Shown here piece after piece: positions 47,747 through 49,468 of a stretch of DNA of 49,468 bases. Below the pieces are notes generated by a model that saw nothing but the letters and a program-made list of their open reading frames with translations, did not search any database and was not told where the DNA came from. Position numbers and translations under genes: made by a program. How positions within the stretch are numbered: the stretch's first letter is position 1; the number at the start of each line of letters is the position of its first letter. Where the stretch lies: the sequence record SRR20825019_1320. One strand, 5' to 3'.

Positions 47747-49468
47747 TCCTTTTCCTGAAGCATTTTTATCTCGTCCCTTAGTTTGGCGGCTTGCATAAAA
47801 TCGAGCTCTTTGGCCGCTTTTTCCATGGCTTTTCGCTTCTCCCTGATTAATTTTTCCTTTTGATCTTCAGTTATATATTTTAAATCAGGTTCGGCAGCTC
47901 TCAATTCTTCCTTTTGAAAGTGGTAGGTGGATACGGAATTTTTGGCTAATGCGCTATCCAGGTTTTTCTTTAATGCTGTTGGGGTGATGTTATTCTCCTT
48001 GTTGTACGTCATCTGCTTGTCCCGACGGTAATTGGTTTCGTCAATGGTCTTTTGCATGCTTTCGGTGATTTTGTCCGCATACATTATGGCCTTTCCGTTT
48101 AAGTTACGCGCGGCTCGGCCCACGGTCTGTGTCAGGGAACGGTTACTGCGTAAAAAACCTTCCTTATCTGCATCCAAAATGGCCACCAGGGATACTTCTG
48201 GTAAATCCAAACCTTCACGTAAGAGGTTTACACCTATCAGCACATCAAAAAGCCCTTTTCGTAAATCCTGCATGATTTCAACTCGCTCCAGTGTATCCAC
48301 ATCACTATGGATATAGCGACAACGGACATCTATCCGTGTTAGATATTTGGTAAGTTCCTCCGCCATTCGTTTGGTCAGGGTGGTGACCAATGTACGCTCA
48401 TCCAGTTCTACCCGTTGCTGAATCTCCTCTACCAAATCATCGATTTGGTTTTCACTGGGCCTAACTTCGATAATGGGGTCCAATAATCCAGTTGGACGGA
48501 TAATCTGTTCCACATAAACCCCTTCACTGAGTTCCAGTTCGTAATCTGCCGGTGTGGCACTTACATAAAGCACTTGGTTTTGAAGTGCTTCAAACTCTTC
48601 AAATTTTAAAGGACGGTTATCCATGGCCGCAGGCAAACGGAAACCATATTCCACCAAATTTTCTTTTCTGGAACGGTCTCCGCCGTACATGGCGTGCACT
48701 TGGGGTATGGTCACGTGGCTTTCATCTATGACCATCAAATAGTCATCTGGAAAATAATCCAACAAGCAGAAGGGCCGCGTTCCTGGTTTTCTCCCATCCA
48801 AATACCTGGAGTAATTCTCGATTCCGGAACAATATCCCAGTTCTCGAATCATTTCAAGGTCGAAATTAGTACGTTCTTCCAAACGTTTGGCTTCCAGAGG
48901 TCGCCCTATTTCTTTGAAGTAATCTATCTGCTTCACAAGGTCGTCCTGTATCTCCTTAATGGCATTCTGGAGTACATCGGGAGAGGTAACGAACATGTTT
49001 GCCGGGTAGATGTTCAGAGTATCATAAACCTCGATTACATTATTATTGTATGGGTCCAATGCTTCGATTTCTTCGATTTCATCACCAAAAAAATGGATAC
49101 GGAACGCATGGTCTGCATATCCGGGGAATACATCCACTACATCTCCCTTTACCCTAAAGTTCCCGTTTCTAAAATCAGCGGTGGTTCGGGCATATAGGCT
49201 TTGCACCAACTGCTTTAAAAACTTGGTTCTTGAAATGACCTGGTCCCTATGAATGGTAATGACGTTTTTCTGGAACTCTATTGGATTACCGATACCGTAC
49301 AGACAGGAAACCGAAGCGACTACAAGCACATCACGCCTTCCGGATAGAAGGGATGAAGTGGTGCTCAATCTCAACTTTTCGATATCCTCGTTAATGGAAA
49401 GGTCTTTTTCAATGTAAAGTCCGCTCGTGGGGATATAGGCCTCTGGCTGATAATAATCGTAGTAGGAT
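47743..49468 (-). CDS. uvrB: Excinuclease ABC subunit B (5' end lies beyond the window)
   Basis: VASVSCLYG, GIENYSR, DESH, VSATP, NLLREGLDLPEV, C-terminal UVR motif; frame open to the window end (YYDYYQPEAY). Confidence 0.97.
   Translation of the reverse strand, partial: SYYDYYQPEAYIPTSGLYIEKDLSINEDIEKLRLSTTSSLLSGRRDVLVVASVSCLYGIGNPIEFQKNVITIHRDQVISRTKFLKQLVQSLYARTTADFRNGNFRVKGDVVDVFPGYADHAFRIHFFGDEIEEIEALDPYNNNVIEVYDTLNIYPANMFVTSPDVLQNAIKEIQDDLVKQIDYFKEIGRPLEAKRLEERTNFDLEMIRELGYCSGIENYSRYLDGRKPGTRPFCLLDYFPDDYLMVIDESHVTIPQVHAMYGGDRSRKENLVEYGFRLPAAMDNRPLKFEEFEALQNQVLYVSATPADYELELSEGVYVEQIIRPTGLLDPIIEVRPSENQIDDLVEEIQQRVELDERTLVTTLTKRMAEELTKYLTRIDVRCRYIHSDVDTLERVEIMQDLRKGLFDVLIGVNLLREGLDLPEVSLVAILDADKEGFLRSNRSLTQTVGRAARNLNGKAIMYADKITESMQKTIDETNYRRDKQMTYNKENNITPTALKKNLDSALAKNSVSTYHFQKEELRAAEPDLKYITEDQKEKLIREKRKAMEKAAKELDFMQAAKLRDEIKMLQEKE

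Noticed and set aside
47743-49374. uvrB appearing N-terminally truncated (543 aa)
   Set aside because: Window-edge artefact; the reading frame stays open to base 49468.
1-49468. CRISPR arrays, tRNA/rRNA genes, IS transposases and anti-phage defence genes
   Set aside because: None recognised by eye; the repeats at 1518-1728 lack repeat-spacer periodicity, and any element cargo lies outside the window.

Overview
Bacterial chromosomal DNA that looks like a marine Flavobacteriaceae (Bacteroidota) genome: gldF-gldG-dnaN, TAnnTTTG -7 promoter boxes and sucC without an adjacent sucD all point that way. Bases 1 to about 4885 are one end of an integrative mobilizable or satellite-like element inserted at the 3' end of mnmE/trmE. 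It carries a tyrosine integrase, an excisionase, a primase-helicase, a Toprim primase and a BfmA-like mobilization protein, with readable att-arm repeats and an iteron-like putative origin. The rest is mostly core genome (mnmE, dnaN, gldFG, phoH, purC, acs, PPIase, cold-shock protein, Prx6, nusB, yajC, pepT, pyrD, HMG-CoA lyase family, guaB, lysA, sucC, hsp20, partial uvrB) plus two AT-rich accessory patches at about 30.3-33.4 kb and 46.9-47.7 kb. The best leads are: (i) two unannotated, tandem, paralogous 27-28 aa membrane microproteins at 21440-21682; (ii) a cNMP/CBS/nucleotidyltransferase plus DEDDh nuclease pair facing the acetate permease/Acs operon, a possible reversible nucleotidylation switch; (iii) two convergent unknown genes each under the same palindromic operator; (iv) the cis-architecture of the trmE-integrated element. 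No rRNA, tRNA or CRISPR array was recognised. All functional calls come from motif recognition by eye, not from database searches.
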